33,573 nucleotides of DNA, from the IMG/VR virus record IMGVR_UViG_3300037440_000066, positions 1-33,573 of that record; one strand, given 5' to 3'. Made by a program: the position numbers and the translations under genes. The notes below the pieces were generated by a model. The model was not told the origin of the DNA, searched no databases, and saw only the letters and a list, made by a program, of their open reading frames with translations. Below are positions 7,969-17,095 of the stretch, in pieces. This DNA comes from a virus. Lineage: Duplodnaviria; Caudoviricetes. Positions within the stretch are counted from its first letter, which is position 1, and each line of letters starts with the position of its first letter.

Positions 7969-9366
7969 TCACAGGATGGGGTACATAAACCAGAACGTGA
8001 TGCGCCGGTTCAATGTCTCGCGCGCGAACCACCTCACCTCTGCCGTGCCGTCCGCGACGACACCCAGCACGCGGAATCCTTCGCTGCCCGCCGCAGCACC
8101 GCCATTGATGCCTCCACCACCGGTGAGCTGTGTTTGTGCGGTCAAGTTCGAGACAATCGGCAACGGGACTCGAAAACTGGTCAACGTGTTGACTGCCGTC
8201 GGGTCTGCATCGCATGTGCCTGAAACAAACACGTTACCGTCAACGCGGATGTACGTCGCATCGACCGTACCCACGGAGTCCAGATTAGTCAGTGTGGCGG
8301 CAGTGGTCGTGTAGCTCCCACTCGCCAAGCCGAGCGCAGCCAGTGCTTGTGTTGGCGTGGACGGGCGCATGTAGGTGTTGCCGGTGCCGACTTCGACTTG
8401 TGTTATGAAGTATCCGATGGTGGGGTTGGTCGCAGTGAACTGAGGCCGAAACAATCTCGCGCGAATGTCGCCTGAGCTATCTCGTGCCGCAAGTGTGCTC
8501 GCCGTGTTTGCTTCGTCAGCGTGGTATCCGTCAGTCAAATCAGCATTGAGCCCTGTCTGTGTCCCCGACCACGTGTTACCCCCCGACAAGTTGCCTTTCC
8601 CCGCCAGCGCATCAAACACCGCATCCCCGCTAGGCGCGTGCGTGGTGTCGCCGTTGGTGATGGTTTGGGTGATGAGGGCGTAGTCGTCCGGGTCCTCGCT
8701 GGCCCATGGCAACAGGCCGGTGTGTTCTGCTGCGGTGAAGTGGTAACGTTCGGTCGCGTTGCCGCCTTGCAACGCCCCAGTATCGTTATGGTCAAGCGTC
8801 CTGCCGGTGATCGTTCGCGTCAGGACGTGACCGAACGCGTCGAAGGTCAGGGCGATCTGGTCCGGCACCGTGCCACCTGTAAAACTGGCCGATATGTCAG
8901 CTACGGACGAGGTGTCGCCATGGGCAATCTCGATCTTGCCGTCCAGGCCAACACTCAGGGCGATGCCATCACCCTCGATCAGCGCATCCGCTATCGGATA
9001 GAACCCCTTCTCACCATCGGGCCCGGTGCCGTAGTAGTAGGTGTTGCCGGGGTTCTCGTCATCCCCCTGGAGCGTGATTTGCACGATCCCGCCGGCCAGG
9101 GTGCCAAAGCTTCGGATTGATCCAAAACCAAGAACGTTGGTGGTCGTAGGCAGGAATACGCCCGTGGGGATGTTGGCGACCGTCCCGTCGGGAGAGCCCA
9201 GCGCTGTCGCGATATCGCTGATCTGTTCCTGCAGCCCCTCCACTGAAAGCGTTCCGGATTGGAGGGCGCGCTCGAGCGAAAGGAACCAAACATAGAAGGG
9301 GTTGCTCGCTCGGCTGGCGCTGTCAGTAAGTGCCACATCCTGGCGCGGCAGAAAGTCCTCACTCAC
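7969..9366 (-). CDS. Tail fibre / receptor-binding protein, about 465 aa
   Basis: GTG 9366 overlaps upstream TGA (MSEDFLPRQD...); Gly/Thr-rich, ANTASTLAARDSSGDI fibre motif, beta-rich C-terminal domain. Confidence 0.75.
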   Translation of the reverse strand: MSEDFLPRQDVALTDSASRASNPFYVWFLSLERALQSGTLSVEGLQEQISDIATALGSPDGTVANIPTGVFLPTTTNVLGFGSIRSFGTLAGGIVQITLQGDDENPGNTYYYGTGPDGEKGFYPIADALIEGDGIALSVGLDGKIEIAHGDTSSVADISASFTGGTVPDQIALTFDAFGHVLTRTITGRTLDHNDTGALQGGNATERYHFTAAEHTGLLPWASEDPDDYALITQTITNGDTTHAPSGDAVFDALAGKGNLSGGNTWSGTQTGLNADLTDGYHADEANTASTLAARDSSGDIRARLFRPQFTATNPTIGYFITQVEVGTGNTYMRPSTPTQALAALGLASGSYTTTAATLTNLDSVGTVDATYIRVDGNVFVSGTCDADPTAVNTLTSFRVPLPIVSNLTAQTQLTGGGGINGGAAAGSEGFRVLGVVADGTAEVRWFARETLNRRITFWFMYPIL

Positions 9367-10199
9367 GGGGCCGGAACCTCGATCGTGCCCGTGGCCATCC
9401 AATCGAACGTGACCGCGCTGATGATGTTCGAGGGCGCTTGGTTGTCGGCCGACGTGCCGCCCGTGACCGTCGAGAAAGTCACCGTAAATCCTGTCACCGA
9501 CTTGGCCGTGATCGCCCAAGCTGGGACCAGGTTGGCAGCGCCGGTAGATGAGGCCGTCGTCGGACTGATTGCGACGTGTTTTGGCGCAACTGCGTAGGGG
9601 GTGTCGAATACGATTGACGCCGTCGCCGTCTTGCTCCCTCCGGCAGTGGCTGACCCACTTCCTGTCTGCACGAACCACTTGGTTTCGTCGGTGCTGACGC
9701 CTGCCTGGAAAGAGGCATCTGTCACCACGATCTCGGGATCCACAGGCGTGGGGTCGGTGGGCTGCGGCACCAGGATGTACCCCGCGCCGTCTGCCACCAC
9801 CATCTTCCCGTCCTGGCCGGTCGGGTCCGGCAACAGGAGCAACGTCTGTAGCAGAAACTGCGTGCCATCTCCGGTCACGAACTCGCCGACCGACGGGACC
9901 GGGATGTTCAGGCCGGCGCCCCCCGGGATTTCGACGTTGTCGGCCTCGGCGATGAGAGTGCTGTCGGCATCGTAGAGCCGGACCCGATAGGCCCCGTCAC
10001 CCCACACATCCACCACCGTGCGGCCGTCTGACCCGATGCCCACAACGGGGCCGTTGTCGATGGTCAGCCCAGGGTCGGCGAATACCGACTTCGGCGTCGT
10101 GGTCCCCGCTTCGTAGAATCGCAACTCGCCCCCATCCGCCGGTTTGTTTGCGAAATCCACATAGGTCGGGAACGGGTTTAGAACCCGGAAGCTCGGCAT
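9363..10199 (-). CDS. Tail fibre/spike-associated protein with virion-attachment N-terminus
   Basis: KPADGGELRFYEAGTTTPK N-terminus typical of podovirus fibre anchors; C-terminal VQTG...FDTPY...WMATG beta domain; GGAG RBS; tailspike position. Confidence 0.75.
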   Translation of the reverse strand: MPSFRVLNPFPTYVDFANKPADGGELRFYEAGTTTPKSVFADPGLTIDNGPVVGIGSDGRTVVDVWGDGAYRVRLYDADSTLIAEADNVEIPGGAGLNIPVPSVGEFVTGDGTQFLLQTLLLLPDPTGQDGKMVVADGAGYILVPQPTDPTPVDPEIVVTDASFQAGVSTDETKWFVQTGSGSATAGGSKTATASIVFDTPYAVAPKHVAISPTTASSTGAANLVPAWAITAKSVTGFTVTFSTVTGGTSADNQAPSNIISAVTFDWMATGTIEVPAP

Positions 10200-10209
10200 G
10201 GTAGGCTCC

Positions 10210-10238
10210 AAAAAGAAAGTCCCGCACTTGGCGGGGCT
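10210..10238 (-). terminator. Intrinsic terminator-like hairpin before tail genes
   Basis: Minus strand AGCCCCGC-CAAGT-GCGGGACT then TTCTTTTT. Confidence 0.7.
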
Positions 10239-10279
10239 GCGTGGTACGGTTGACTGGTCAACTACCGGCAGAGGCCGAT

Positions 10280-10429
10280 ATGGCAGATTGGGACAAGAAA
10301 GAATGGCTGGCAGAGCCTATTTCAGATGATGACTGGCTTGCCGATCTTAAAATGATCGCAGGCATCGCTGGCCCCGCAGTTCTATTGGCCGCTTGTGCTG
10401 CTGGTTTCGTTTTGTTGCTGCTCAAGTAG
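10280..10429 (+). CDS. Counter-oriented small membrane protein, 49 aa (moron)
   Basis: GAGG RBS, ATG 10280; acidic N-terminus plus C-terminal TM; overlaps 3' end of ejection gene by 48 bp. Confidence 0.55.
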   Translation: MADWDKKEWLAEPISDDDWLADLKMIAGIAGPAVLLAACAAGFVLLLLK

Positions 10430-12487
10430 ATCAGCCAATTGCCGCATACCCTCATCGCCATCACGATCCGCAGCCACTCGCATTGACTGAATAGCCGCCG
10501 GAACTGCGCCCACGGGCAGCGCGGTGATCGCCGCTAGCCGCCTGACGTTTTGTGGATTCGTCAGCGCCCTAGCTAGAACATTGGCTGCGACCCCTCCGCC
10601 AACCAGTAGGGGCGTGCCTCCGGTGAACAGGCTTCCCACGAGCGATGCTCCATATGTCATAGAAGCCGCACGATTAGCGGTACCAGACGGGTTGGCAAAT
10701 ACCTTTGAGCCTTCCTTGAGGTTTGAGGACACTCGGGCGATGCGGTCCATGTCTCGGCTGAACTGCGGCCCGTAGCGGTCGAACAGGGCGCGCTTGGCCT
10801 CATCGGAAACGTCGTTGTTCCATTTCGTCAGGAACGTATCTGCACTGAATACTTCTCCGGAAGCATCCTGAGCGCCTGCACGAGCCATACCCATACGGCG
10901 AATTACCGCTGCCGTGACCGCACGCTGACCTTCCGGCGGCAAAGACTGCATGACGGCCCGCAGGGTCGTGCCGCCATCTTTTGCGCCTGCCATGACGGCG
11001 GCGTATACCTTCTCCGGGCCTCCATTCTTATCAACCACGCGCTGAACTTGCTCCAAGCGGTCGGAAGAGGCACGTGTGTAGTTATTCGCGCGGCGAGCAG
11101 CACGTTCCGCCGCTGGCCCCTGCTGGCGTGCTGCTTCTTCCAAGTCCTGAGAGAGAGCGCCATAGAGCCGCCTGTATTGGGCGGTCGGTCGATCAGGAGC
11201 CAGCGCGAAATCTGACAGTTCCTCACCAATCCGACTGCGAAGCTCGCGCACTGCCGAGTATGGGATGCCCTGCTGTCCGGTTAGGCGTGCGGCCTCCAGG
11301 TCTGCGCCCAGTGTGTTGGCAATTTCCCGTATGCGAGGATTCACCAACACGGCAGTAGTGGACTCTGCTCCTGGCGTCAAACGCGTCATGTCGCCCAGCA
11401 CCCGCTGCGTGTTAGCCATTGGCAGTTGCGTCGTTTCTGGGATCAGTTGATCGGCTACGTTGTAGAGGGCCGTCCTTTGCGCGCGGACGTTCTGAGCGAA
11501 TGTATCCGCTCCTCTCTCAACCGCTCGGCCCGCCCGTTCTCTGCTCGGCGATCTAGACAAGCCAGCGGCACGTTGTTGCAGACCGGAACCAATGTCCTCG
11601 GCCTGCCGGGTTGCAAACCTGTTCATCACCCCGGCACTGGTGGGACCTCCGGCCAAAAGGTTTTCGCCACCCTGGATAGCCCTGTTGCCAGACGCTTGTC
11701 CCACGGATGGCGTAGCGCCGACCGCCCGGAAGTCGTCGATCGTCCGCTGCATCTGTTCGCCGCTACGGCCCCGTACGAGTCCGCGCAAGGTCGCGGAGGT
11801 ACCAAACGAGGCGACGCCCGGGGAAAGTCCACCAGCGAGACCAGCAAGCACCTGCGCGCCTTCCGACCCCCCTGACTCTCTGGTCAGGCCAGCGGCACCG
11901 GAACCAGTCGCGGTGCTCGCTGCTTGTAATCTGGGCTGAGCGGTCAGGAAATTCCCAACACGCTGAGCAACTTGGCCACCACCCTGGGCCAATGATCCGG
12001 CCCCCATCGTGAGGGCGGTTCCAGTCAATCCACGGCCGATATCGGCACTCACACGTTCGCTGCCAGTCTGTGGCGTTGGGAGCCCTATCTTGTCAGCAAG
12101 CATGGAGCCCTTCTGCACCCAAGGCGCTTCACGCGGCCAACGCCGTTCCTGTTCTCCTGTAATCAGGCTCTTTGTGGTCGGCCCCTTCTCGCCAAGCCAG
12201 TTGCCCGCATGAACCAATGCATCACCGCCAAGAGCGCCAATCAATCCCGCGCCACCTTCAATGACACTGCGAGCACCAAGCATCGTTGAACGCGCCGCCC
12301 CACGCTCCCAGCCATCCTCCATGCGCGGCATTTCTTGCTGGGTCTGAACTTGTCCCTGCACATTGGAAAAGTCCGGACCAGCCTCCCGCATCCTTCGGAT
12401 CTCGTTGGCAAATGCGCGTGCATGATCGGCATTCCCTGCCGCGTGCGCTTTTCTAAGGCCATTTTCCAGTTCTTCGATGGTAGCCAT
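10382..12487 (-). CDS. Large internal virion / DNA ejection protein (P22 gp16 position)
   Basis: 701 aa, Ala/Gly/Arg-rich helical; third of three genes after gp10; synteny. Confidence 0.7.
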   Translation of the reverse strand: MATIEELENGLRKAHAAGNADHARAFANEIRRMREAGPDFSNVQGQVQTQQEMPRMEDGWERGAARSTMLGARSVIEGGAGLIGALGGDALVHAGNWLGEKGPTTKSLITGEQERRWPREAPWVQKGSMLADKIGLPTPQTGSERVSADIGRGLTGTALTMGAGSLAQGGGQVAQRVGNFLTAQPRLQAASTATGSGAAGLTRESGGSEGAQVLAGLAGGLSPGVASFGTSATLRGLVRGRSGEQMQRTIDDFRAVGATPSVGQASGNRAIQGGENLLAGGPTSAGVMNRFATRQAEDIGSGLQQRAAGLSRSPSRERAGRAVERGADTFAQNVRAQRTALYNVADQLIPETTQLPMANTQRVLGDMTRLTPGAESTTAVLVNPRIREIANTLGADLEAARLTGQQGIPYSAVRELRSRIGEELSDFALAPDRPTAQYRRLYGALSQDLEEAARQQGPAAERAARRANNYTRASSDRLEQVQRVVDKNGGPEKVYAAVMAGAKDGGTTLRAVMQSLPPEGQRAVTAAVIRRMGMARAGAQDASGEVFSADTFLTKWNNDVSDEAKRALFDRYGPQFSRDMDRIARVSSNLKEGSKVFANPSGTANRAASMTYGASLVGSLFTGGTPLLVGGGVAANVLARALTNPQNVRRLAAITALPVGAVPAAIQSMRVAADRDGDEGMRQLADLLEQQQNETSSTSGQ

Positions 12488-13884
12488 CAGCGGTACATGT
12501 CCAGAAGCGCATCGATATCGGAGGCTGGTTGCTGGCCGGCCGATGGCGCGGGCTGCCGACCGCCCGAAGACACCCTTTCAATCGCGTTCTGCTGGGCGCG
12601 CGAGGCAATCTGCTTCAGCTCTTTCAGTGCCTCGACATACGCCTCGTCGCTCTGCGCGGTATCAAGCCGCGCCATCGCCTGTTCAGCCTTCTGGCCTTCG
12701 ATGTTCGAGATCTGACCGCCGCCCTTCAGGCTGGCGAATGCCTCAAGGAACGCCCGCCCCTTTAACTGGTCCGAAAGCGCCTTGAAGTCCGCCGCTGGGC
12801 CGCCGCGAAGGTAGGCGCGCGGATCAACGAGTCCGCTCATGCCTGTGACAAGAGATCGCCCAGGATGGGTGATCGCCTTGTCCAGAAGCGAGATGATCTG
12901 CGTGGTCTGCTCCATCACGTTGGGCAATTCGTTCTGAGCGCTCGTTTCCGATTCCACGTCGGCCCTCACCCTCCCGACCCCGCGCTCTCGCTCGATCGCC
13001 CCCTGCGTCTCGATGGATTGTCTCGCGGGCAATGTCTGAAGTTGAGCGGCCTGTTTCGCCGCCTCAACGGCTGCCGCTTCATCTTCGGGCCGACGTCCCA
13101 CGAACGGAGATGCGACGCCTTGGGCCTGCTGTGGCGGAAGCTGAGCCGTCCCCATGTCAGGTGCGGCATTCCATCCCGCAGTGTTGTTCATGATGTCCTG
13201 ACGGATGGCCGGCGGAACGTCAGCTCCGATACTGGTGGGGACGCCATCCGGGCCGATGAACTGCGTTCCGCCCGGCTGCCCACCTGGCGCAGACTGACCT
13301 GGTGCACCCAGCGCAGCGGGCTCGTAGGCCGCGGTACGGGTGTTGAACGTGTACTGCACGGGGCGGCCGTCGGGGCCAGCCACGTTGATGGTCTGATTCG
13401 ACGGCGTATACGGGCGTTCGTACACAACCTGCCCGGTCGCCGGATCCACGATGGCGCTGCCAGGCGATACGGAGAGGTTTCGCTGCTCCTTTCCGCCCTG
13501 CGCCGCCATCGCTATCTTCGTCTTGACCTGTTCGAATGCAGGCTGCATGTCAGGCGTCCACGCTTCGGGTCCAGGCCGTCCGGTGAACTTGGTCAAGAAC
13601 GGGCTGATCTCTCGGAACCGGGCCTGTATCAATCGGTCATCGCCGGACTGCAAGCCCTGCTCGAAATAGTCGATCGCGCCTTTCAGGCGTCGCAACTGCT
13701 GGTCGCCTGCACCTTGGTAGGCTTGCGCGGCCTTGGGATCGATCGCGGCACCCTGCTCGAATGCCTGGGTGTCGCCCGCGATGATCTGAGGCGCAAGACC
13801 TTGGAGGCGTTCGCGCTGTCCACGCTCGCGCCCCAACTCGCCCTGCTGCTGGATGTACTGCATGCCTTGAAGAACGTTTGCCAT
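12487..13884 (-). CDS. DNA ejection protein (P22 gp20 position)
   Basis: 465 aa, Gln/Ala-rich; synteny; TGATG coupling. Confidence 0.7.
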   Translation of the reverse strand: MANVLQGMQYIQQQGELGRERGQRERLQGLAPQIIAGDTQAFEQGAAIDPKAAQAYQGAGDQQLRRLKGAIDYFEQGLQSGDDRLIQARFREISPFLTKFTGRPGPEAWTPDMQPAFEQVKTKIAMAAQGGKEQRNLSVSPGSAIVDPATGQVVYERPYTPSNQTINVAGPDGRPVQYTFNTRTAAYEPAALGAPGQSAPGGQPGGTQFIGPDGVPTSIGADVPPAIRQDIMNNTAGWNAAPDMGTAQLPPQQAQGVASPFVGRRPEDEAAAVEAAKQAAQLQTLPARQSIETQGAIERERGVGRVRADVESETSAQNELPNVMEQTTQIISLLDKAITHPGRSLVTGMSGLVDPRAYLRGGPAADFKALSDQLKGRAFLEAFASLKGGGQISNIEGQKAEQAMARLDTAQSDEAYVEALKELKQIASRAQQNAIERVSSGGRQPAPSAGQQPASDIDALLDMYR

Positions 13885-13886
13885 GT

Positions 13887-14537
13887 TCAGCCCTTCCCAG
13901 GTTGATTGCCGAGATACCAGCCGGTGCCACCCGGGTTATTGGCCTTGTTGCCCTGATACCAGTTGTTCAGACCGCCCCCCAGACCGTAGGCAAGATCGCT
14001 GTAGTTCTGGCCCTTCTGCTGGAACGAGCTGGCGCGGGCGTTGCCGATGTTCTGGTAGGCGCCACCGATCTGGTTCGCCGCGTTGGCTCCAAGGGAGCCC
14101 AGGGTGCCCACCGCCGCCTGACCCTGCCCCGCCTGGCCGGCAAGCTTGTTCCAGTAGTTGCCGGCATACTGCGTGGCCAGCCCCTGACCCAGAGCAATCC
14201 GGTCGGCATCCGCGCCACCCGAACCCATCGCGCCACCCGCCGACAACCCGCGCTCCAGGCCCTTGAATCCCTGATCCACCGCGAACTTGTAGTCGGGTGA
14301 ACTCTCGAAACCAGACCAGTCTCCGCTGAGAAACGCATTCTGTCGGTCCAGGGCGCCGTAGCCTGCCTCCAGGAACGGCATGTAGTCGTCGCGCGTTGTG
14401 TCGTACTGACGGCGTTGCTCATCGATTGCAGCGAGGTTGGCGTCCCGGGAAGCGTCTGCTGCTTTGTCTGCACCTCTGTTCGACAGCGCCGAACCAGCAA
14501 CGGTCGCGACACCGGCAATCACCATTCCCCAGCTCAT
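13887..14537 (-). CDS. DNA ejection protein, P22 gp7-like
   Basis: Hydrophobic N-terminus, QRRQYDTTRDDYMPFLEAG, SPDYKF, Gly/Ala/Gln-rich. Confidence 0.8.
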   Translation of the reverse strand: MSWGMVIAGVATVAGSALSNRGADKAADASRDANLAAIDEQRRQYDTTRDDYMPFLEAGYGALDRQNAFLSGDWSGFESSPDYKFAVDQGFKGLERGLSAGGAMGSGGADADRIALGQGLATQYAGNYWNKLAGQAGQGQAAVGTLGSLGANAANQIGGAYQNIGNARASSFQQKGQNYSDLAYGLGGGLNNWYQGNKANNPGGTGWYLGNQPGKG

Positions 14538-14977
14538 GATTCGATCCTCTTGTTTTCCTGTTTCCCAAGAACGGGTGCTTCGGGCACGATGAATTTCTCC
14601 TCGATCGAGGCGATGTCTTTGAGCCTGGTGGGGTGAACGTTGATCCAGCGCACATCGGTGTGCGCGAACCCGACCTTTTTGCAGCCTGGGGGCGAGACGA
14701 ACACGCAGGGCGCTTCAAGCCGGCGCACCCCTTCGGGGGTCGTGACCTCGATCGCCCCCTGCAGCAGGATGTTGAGCGTCGAGAAGCGGTGAATCTTGCC
14801 TGTCAGCATCGTGCCGGCAGGAATGAACATCTCCCGCCCGTAGATGCCTTCGGCGAAGTGATGCGTTATCGGCGCCTCCACCGCGGGGAACTTGGCCAGC
14901 TCGGTTTCGAGCCGCTTTATCTGCTCGTAGCTGGGGGTGCGCGGAAGGTCGCCCATCAACGCCGGTACGTTCTTCAT
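14534..14977 (-). CDS. Cupin-like protein in virion module
   Basis: HHFAEGIYGREMFIPAG..LTGKIH...NVHPT; GGAGG RBS; ATGA coupling. Confidence 0.7.
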   Translation of the reverse strand: MKNVPALMGDLPRTPSYEQIKRLETELAKFPAVEAPITHHFAEGIYGREMFIPAGTMLTGKIHRFSTLNILLQGAIEVTTPEGVRRLEAPCVFVSPPGCKKVGFAHTDVRWINVHPTRLKDIASIEEKFIVPEAPVLGKQENKRIES

Positions 14978-16377
14978 CGAACCACCTCCGGCATCCATGA
15001 CGCCGCCAACAGGTCGCGCTTGCCGGGGCTTGCCACCTCGATTTCCCAGATGCGCGTTTCGGACCTGCCGAGCCTGCGCTCGACTACCTCGGTGCGGTAC
15101 TGGCCCGATGCGCCAATCGAGACGATCCGGGCATCGCTGTAGTTGTGGCCGCCGTCATCGCTGTAGCGGATGCTGCAGAAATGGTCGTCCTCGCCCGTCG
15201 GCGTGCGGCCGACATCGAACACAAGCTTGATCCCAGACACGAAGATCTCATTGCCCTCGGCGTGGACTACCTGGGAACGGCACCGCGCAACCATGGGCTG
15301 CCCGTCCTCGCTCATCACATCCTTGTCGAGTCGATAGATCTTACCGTTGGTGTAGTCGCCGCCGTACCACTGGGCGTTGCTCTTGGTCAGGGTGTTCAGG
15401 CGCCACCGGTTCAGCCCGTAGGACTGCTTGCGGTGCCACCGGTCCGTCCATGCGTCATAGCCCCAGGTCTGGCCGTCAGGAAAGGTCAGGTAGAACACCT
15501 TGTGCTTCCCGTGCTCCCAGACCGTCGCGAAGGCTTTGGAAGCGTCCAGTCGCGCCATTGCTTCGGCAATAGGTCCGGTGCTGACGATCTGCGGGCTATG
15601 CCCGGCCATCCGGTACACGAGCCGGTCATTGCCCAGCCAGTACACCGTGTTGTCCATCAACGCAGCGGCGAACGGATTCGCACACCCCACGTCAATTTCC
15701 ATGCCGTTCGAGTTCTGGAACGTGCCGGTAGCGGCGCCGGTATTGCGGAAGAACTGGCCCGTTCGCTCGCCGAAGATCACCATTTCCCGGTGACTGGCGA
15801 CCGATGTCACCAACTTGTCGGGCTGAGCCTCGGCGTCGTATCGGTCGAGCGTGTTGTACTGCGTGGCCTGGCGCAGTTCCGAATGCAGCCAGTAGCGGCC
15901 CTGCGGCTCGACACCGCCGATGTATCCATCGATGAAGTTGGCCGACTTGAGCCCCGGGAATCCCGGGTCGGTGATCTGCTCGAGCGTTTGCGCCACCGTG
16001 TTGTAGACGTAGCCCGATTGCCCGTTGGCTATCAGCACCTCGTGTCCATTGGTGATCTGGTTGTGCGCCATCTGGACGCGACCAACACCGGGAATGTCGC
16101 CTAGCTCACTCGGGGTGCCATCTGCGGCGACACTGAACAGTTTCGTGTCAGACACCGCCAGCAACTGGCCTTCGACATCCCAGGTGCCACGAACCGGCGC
16201 ACCCGTCCCAAGGTCCGCATGCGCTACTAATCCTGGCGAGCTCTCGTACTTCCACGCCGAGCGCGTGCCGGGCCGCTCCGCAGGCACCGGTATCCAGTTC
16301 TGCGCATCCTGTGCCGTCCACGGGAGCGCCTCATCGGCATAGGCTTCACCGATGATCGGAAGCGGCTGCCAGTCCAT
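14974..16377 (-). CDS. Head completion / tail hub protein, P22 gp10-like
   Basis: ATG 16377 overlaps gp4 stop; beta-propeller-like repeats; SDDGGHNYS C-terminal motif. Confidence 0.85.
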   Translation of the reverse strand: MDWQPLPIIGEAYADEALPWTAQDAQNWIPVPAERPGTRSAWKYESSPGLVAHADLGTGAPVRGTWDVEGQLLAVSDTKLFSVAADGTPSELGDIPGVGRVQMAHNQITNGHEVLIANGQSGYVYNTVAQTLEQITDPGFPGLKSANFIDGYIGGVEPQGRYWLHSELRQATQYNTLDRYDAEAQPDKLVTSVASHREMVIFGERTGQFFRNTGAATGTFQNSNGMEIDVGCANPFAAALMDNTVYWLGNDRLVYRMAGHSPQIVSTGPIAEAMARLDASKAFATVWEHGKHKVFYLTFPDGQTWGYDAWTDRWHRKQSYGLNRWRLNTLTKSNAQWYGGDYTNGKIYRLDKDVMSEDGQPMVARCRSQVVHAEGNEIFVSGIKLVFDVGRTPTGEDDHFCSIRYSDDGGHNYSDARIVSIGASGQYRTEVVERRLGRSETRIWEIEVASPGKRDLLAASWMPEVVR

Positions 16378-16790
16378 CAGCGGTAATACCCGTCTCGCCA
16401 ACTGCCCCCAGGCCGACCCGTACCTGCTGGAAGGTCGGGATACTCGGTGCGGGCGTAGGTGTTGACCGTCTGCTGCGCGGTCAGCGTTGCCAAGCAATCC
16501 CGGGCCAGCGCGATGATGTCGGCCTCGATCGCTACGCCATATTTCGGCCGCAACCGAACCGCGAGGTTGTAGCCGATAGCAGCCTCGGCCTCGGGAGGCA
16601 CGGGAAGCGTGTCCGTGGGGTCGCTGACATCCGACCACCCCAGATTGGGGCCGTCCACCTCCCATTCCCGCATCATGAGATTGAGTGCGCGGATGCCGTC
16701 ACGGGCATCGATCGGCTTCACTGCCGAATTTGCGTCCTGCACCTTGAGGTGCCCCAACGCGTCGCGCAGGATGTCAACGACCTGAGTCAT
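16377..16790 (-). CDS. Packaged DNA stabilisation protein, P22 gp4-like
   Basis: DILRDALGHL...LNLMMREW...YNLAVRLRPKYG; synteny. Confidence 0.85.
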   Translation of the reverse strand: MTQVVDILRDALGHLKVQDANSAVKPIDARDGIRALNLMMREWEVDGPNLGWSDVSDPTDTLPVPPEAEAAIGYNLAVRLRPKYGVAIEADIIALARDCLATLTAQQTVNTYARTEYPDLPAGTGRPGGSWRDGYYR

Positions 16791-17036
16791 TTACGTGGCC
16801 TTCTTCGGGCGCCCAGGCTTGCGCTTGGGCAGCGGAGGCGCAGGCTCGTCTCCTGGGAAGGGGTCGCCGGGAGGCATCGGCTCAGTTTTGGCGGTGTCCG
16901 CCTTCTTGGGGCCTTTGCCTGCGCGATAGAACCCATCGCCAGTGGCGGTTTTCTCGTCATCAGCGTCAGCGACCAGCTTGAACGCTGCCTTCGTGTCGCC
17001 CCCGAGATACAGGGCGCGCGGGTATTCATGGGACAT
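16791..17036 (-). CDS. Small protein after coat gene
   Basis: GGAG RBS; EYPRALY N-terminus and KRKPGRPKK tail. Confidence 0.7.
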   Translation of the reverse strand: MSHEYPRALYLGGDTKAAFKLVADADDEKTATGDGFYRAGKGPKKADTAKTEPMPPGDPFPGDEPAPPLPKRKPGRPKKAT

Positions 17037-17047
17037 CAGGTTTCTCC

Positions 17048-17080
17048 AAAAAGAGACGGCCGCCCCGAAAGACGGCCGTC
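17048..17080 (-). terminator. Intrinsic terminator after coat gene
   Basis: Minus strand GACGGCCG stem / CGGCCGTC followed by TCTTTTT. Confidence 0.8.
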
Positions 17081-17095
17081 AACCCACTGACGTGA

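Noticed and set aside
9367-9678. N-terminal extensions in the ORF track (569-aa fibre, 563-aa gp10, 705-aa portal, 320-aa ATPase)
   Set aside because: They overlap upstream genes or structured spacers; coupled or RBS-supported downstream starts are better
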